DNA of 36,914 bases from Deltaproteobacteria bacterium (lineage in GTDB: Bacteria; JAGRBM01; JAHCIT01), in assembly GCA_026129095.1 (NCBI GenBank), contig JAHCIT010000009.1, forward strand, positions 124,001 to 160,914. Reading direction: 5' to 3'. Positions 35,916-36,914 of the stretch are shown piece by piece. A model generated the notes under the pieces. That model did not search any database. It saw nothing but the letters and a program-made list of their open reading frames with translations, and was not told the DNA's origin. The stretch's first letter is position 1. Every line of letters begins with the position of its first letter. A program made the translations under genes and the position numbers.

Positions 35916-36914
35916 TCGCCTTCCCCATCGAGGGACCGCGAGAAGTGATAATGCTTGGCTCCCGAAACCATCCGGGTTTCGACCTTCCAGCCGGCCCGGT
36001 CCAGCACTTCGCGGGAATCCTTCACGCGGGAGCCCATCTGCTGGGCAGTCGAGAAGGGGTTATGGAAGCCTCGCTGCTTGGCGAGATAGGTGAATGCGCC
36101 GTGAAAGCTTAAGGCTGTTCCGCGGAATTTCACGAGACGGGGTTTGCCCCTGCCGTCGAGATCCAGATCGAACTTAAGTTTGTAGTTACGTCGGAATTCA
36201 TCCGGAGACTCTGCATAAAGCAGTTCGCTCTTGAGCTGGTCCAGAAGGAACAGAATCGTGTTCGTGTGGACTTCCGTCTCGCGGGCCTTGCTCTCCTGTG
36301 TAGCGAACATCTCCTCGATCAGTTCGCGGGCCATCTTGTCCACCGGGAGCTTGCGGCGGCGCTCGTCGGGGACATACCGCAGGATGGTTTCCAGAATCAC
36401 AAACAGACCGGCCAGGTATTCGTCCAGCCGGTGCTTGGAGTGGGCGGGGAAAAGCTGGCGGATGTAGCTGAGGTAAAACCGCTTGCGCCCCACCCAGCAC
36501 GGCAGGATTTCACGTGCGATGACGAGAAAAAAAGCCGACAGGATGGCCGAGCGGCTCTCTTTAAGCTTCTCCATCGCCAGCGACTTCTGAAACCCCGGAC
36601 TCTTGTGCTTGCCGTCGAAGTCGATGTTCCAGGTCCGGTTGTTGAGTTCAGGAAGTTCAAAGGGTTCGATGGCGGTGATGAGGACCTGGTTGTAGAGGCG
36701 CTCGTATACGTTTCCGCTGTCGGTTCCGCGTTCGCGCTTCTGGTTCACCGTCCCGGTGGCGGCCGAGAGCAGGAACTGCTGGACACTTCTGTCCATGTCC
36801 CGGTGTTCGAGGTTGTCCTTGATGAGCAGCGGGTTGACCATGCCGTCGGCATAGTCCGACGCCGTCTTGGACTTTCCCACCCAGTCCTCGCCGTAGATCA
36901 GCATCGAGCAGAGA
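35912..36914 (-). CDS. C-terminal part of a P-loop protein, probably the helicase/primase-helicase of the mobile element (5'-truncated)
   Basis: Walker A-like GEDWVGKS, Walker B-like LLIKDN, SAATG...KR, ITAIE, ELNNR, and a possible C-terminal winged helix. Confidence 0.55.
   Translation of the reverse strand, partial: LCSMLIYGEDWVGKSKTASDYADGMVNPLLIKDNLEHRDMDRSVQQFLLSAATGTVNQKRERGTDSGNVYERLYNQVLITAIEPFELPELNNRTWNIDFDGKHKSPGFQKSLAMEKLKESRSAILSAFFLVIAREILPCWVGRKRFYLSYIRQLFPAHSKHRLDEYLAGLFVILETILRYVPDERRRKLPVDKMARELIEEMFATQESKARETEVHTNTILFLLDQLKSELLYAESPDEFRRNYKLKFDLDLDGRGKPRLVKFRGTALSFHGAFTYLAKQRGFHNPFSTAQQMGSRVKDSREVLDRAGWKVETRMVSGAKHYHFSRSLDGEGE

Larger units (their letters stand above)
34183..36914. 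mobile_element. Left end of an integrated element (genomic island, prophage or satellite) at tRNA-Arg; continues beyond the window
   Basis: Integrase abuts the tRNA 3' end, followed by a small ORF and a replication-type P-loop protein. The second att site is not in the window. Confidence 0.85.

Noticed and set aside
1-36914. CRISPR array, parS site, rRNA genes or IS elements
   Set aside because: No regularly spaced repeats, no TGTTTCACGTGAAACA match, and no rRNA or transposase signatures seen by eye.

Overview
A high-GC bacterial chromosomal window whose gene content suggests a deltaproteobacterium/Myxococcota-like organism; the taxonomy is inferred. Most of it is housekeeping and metabolic: a CitE-family lyase (partial), YfhO-like membrane protein, DUF3365 cytochrome c, leuA, Ecm/MeaA mutase, glmU-glmS-pcrA, crotonase, an HSL esterase, SRPBCC protein, lolA, tRNA-Gly(GCC) and tRNA-Arg(CCG). 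The right end is the edge of a mobile element integrated at tRNA-Arg, whose large serine recombinase ORF ends antisense inside the tRNA. Five elements stand out. (1) A self-contained ~210-nt transcript upstream of tRNA-Gly carries a 16-nt complement of the 16S rRNA 3' end, a 13-codon sORF, hairpins and a terminator. (2) An orphan operon encodes a ParA, an acidic protein and a dead-ParA fused to a long coiled coil. (3) leuA has a Leu-rich leader-peptide attenuator. (4) Two tandem PelC/CsgG-fold lipoproteins, one fused to OmpA, lie upstream of a lidless Hsp70 and a small J-protein. (5) A Tat-lipoprotein carries six HxH motifs. All family calls come from motif recognition by eye; no searches were run.
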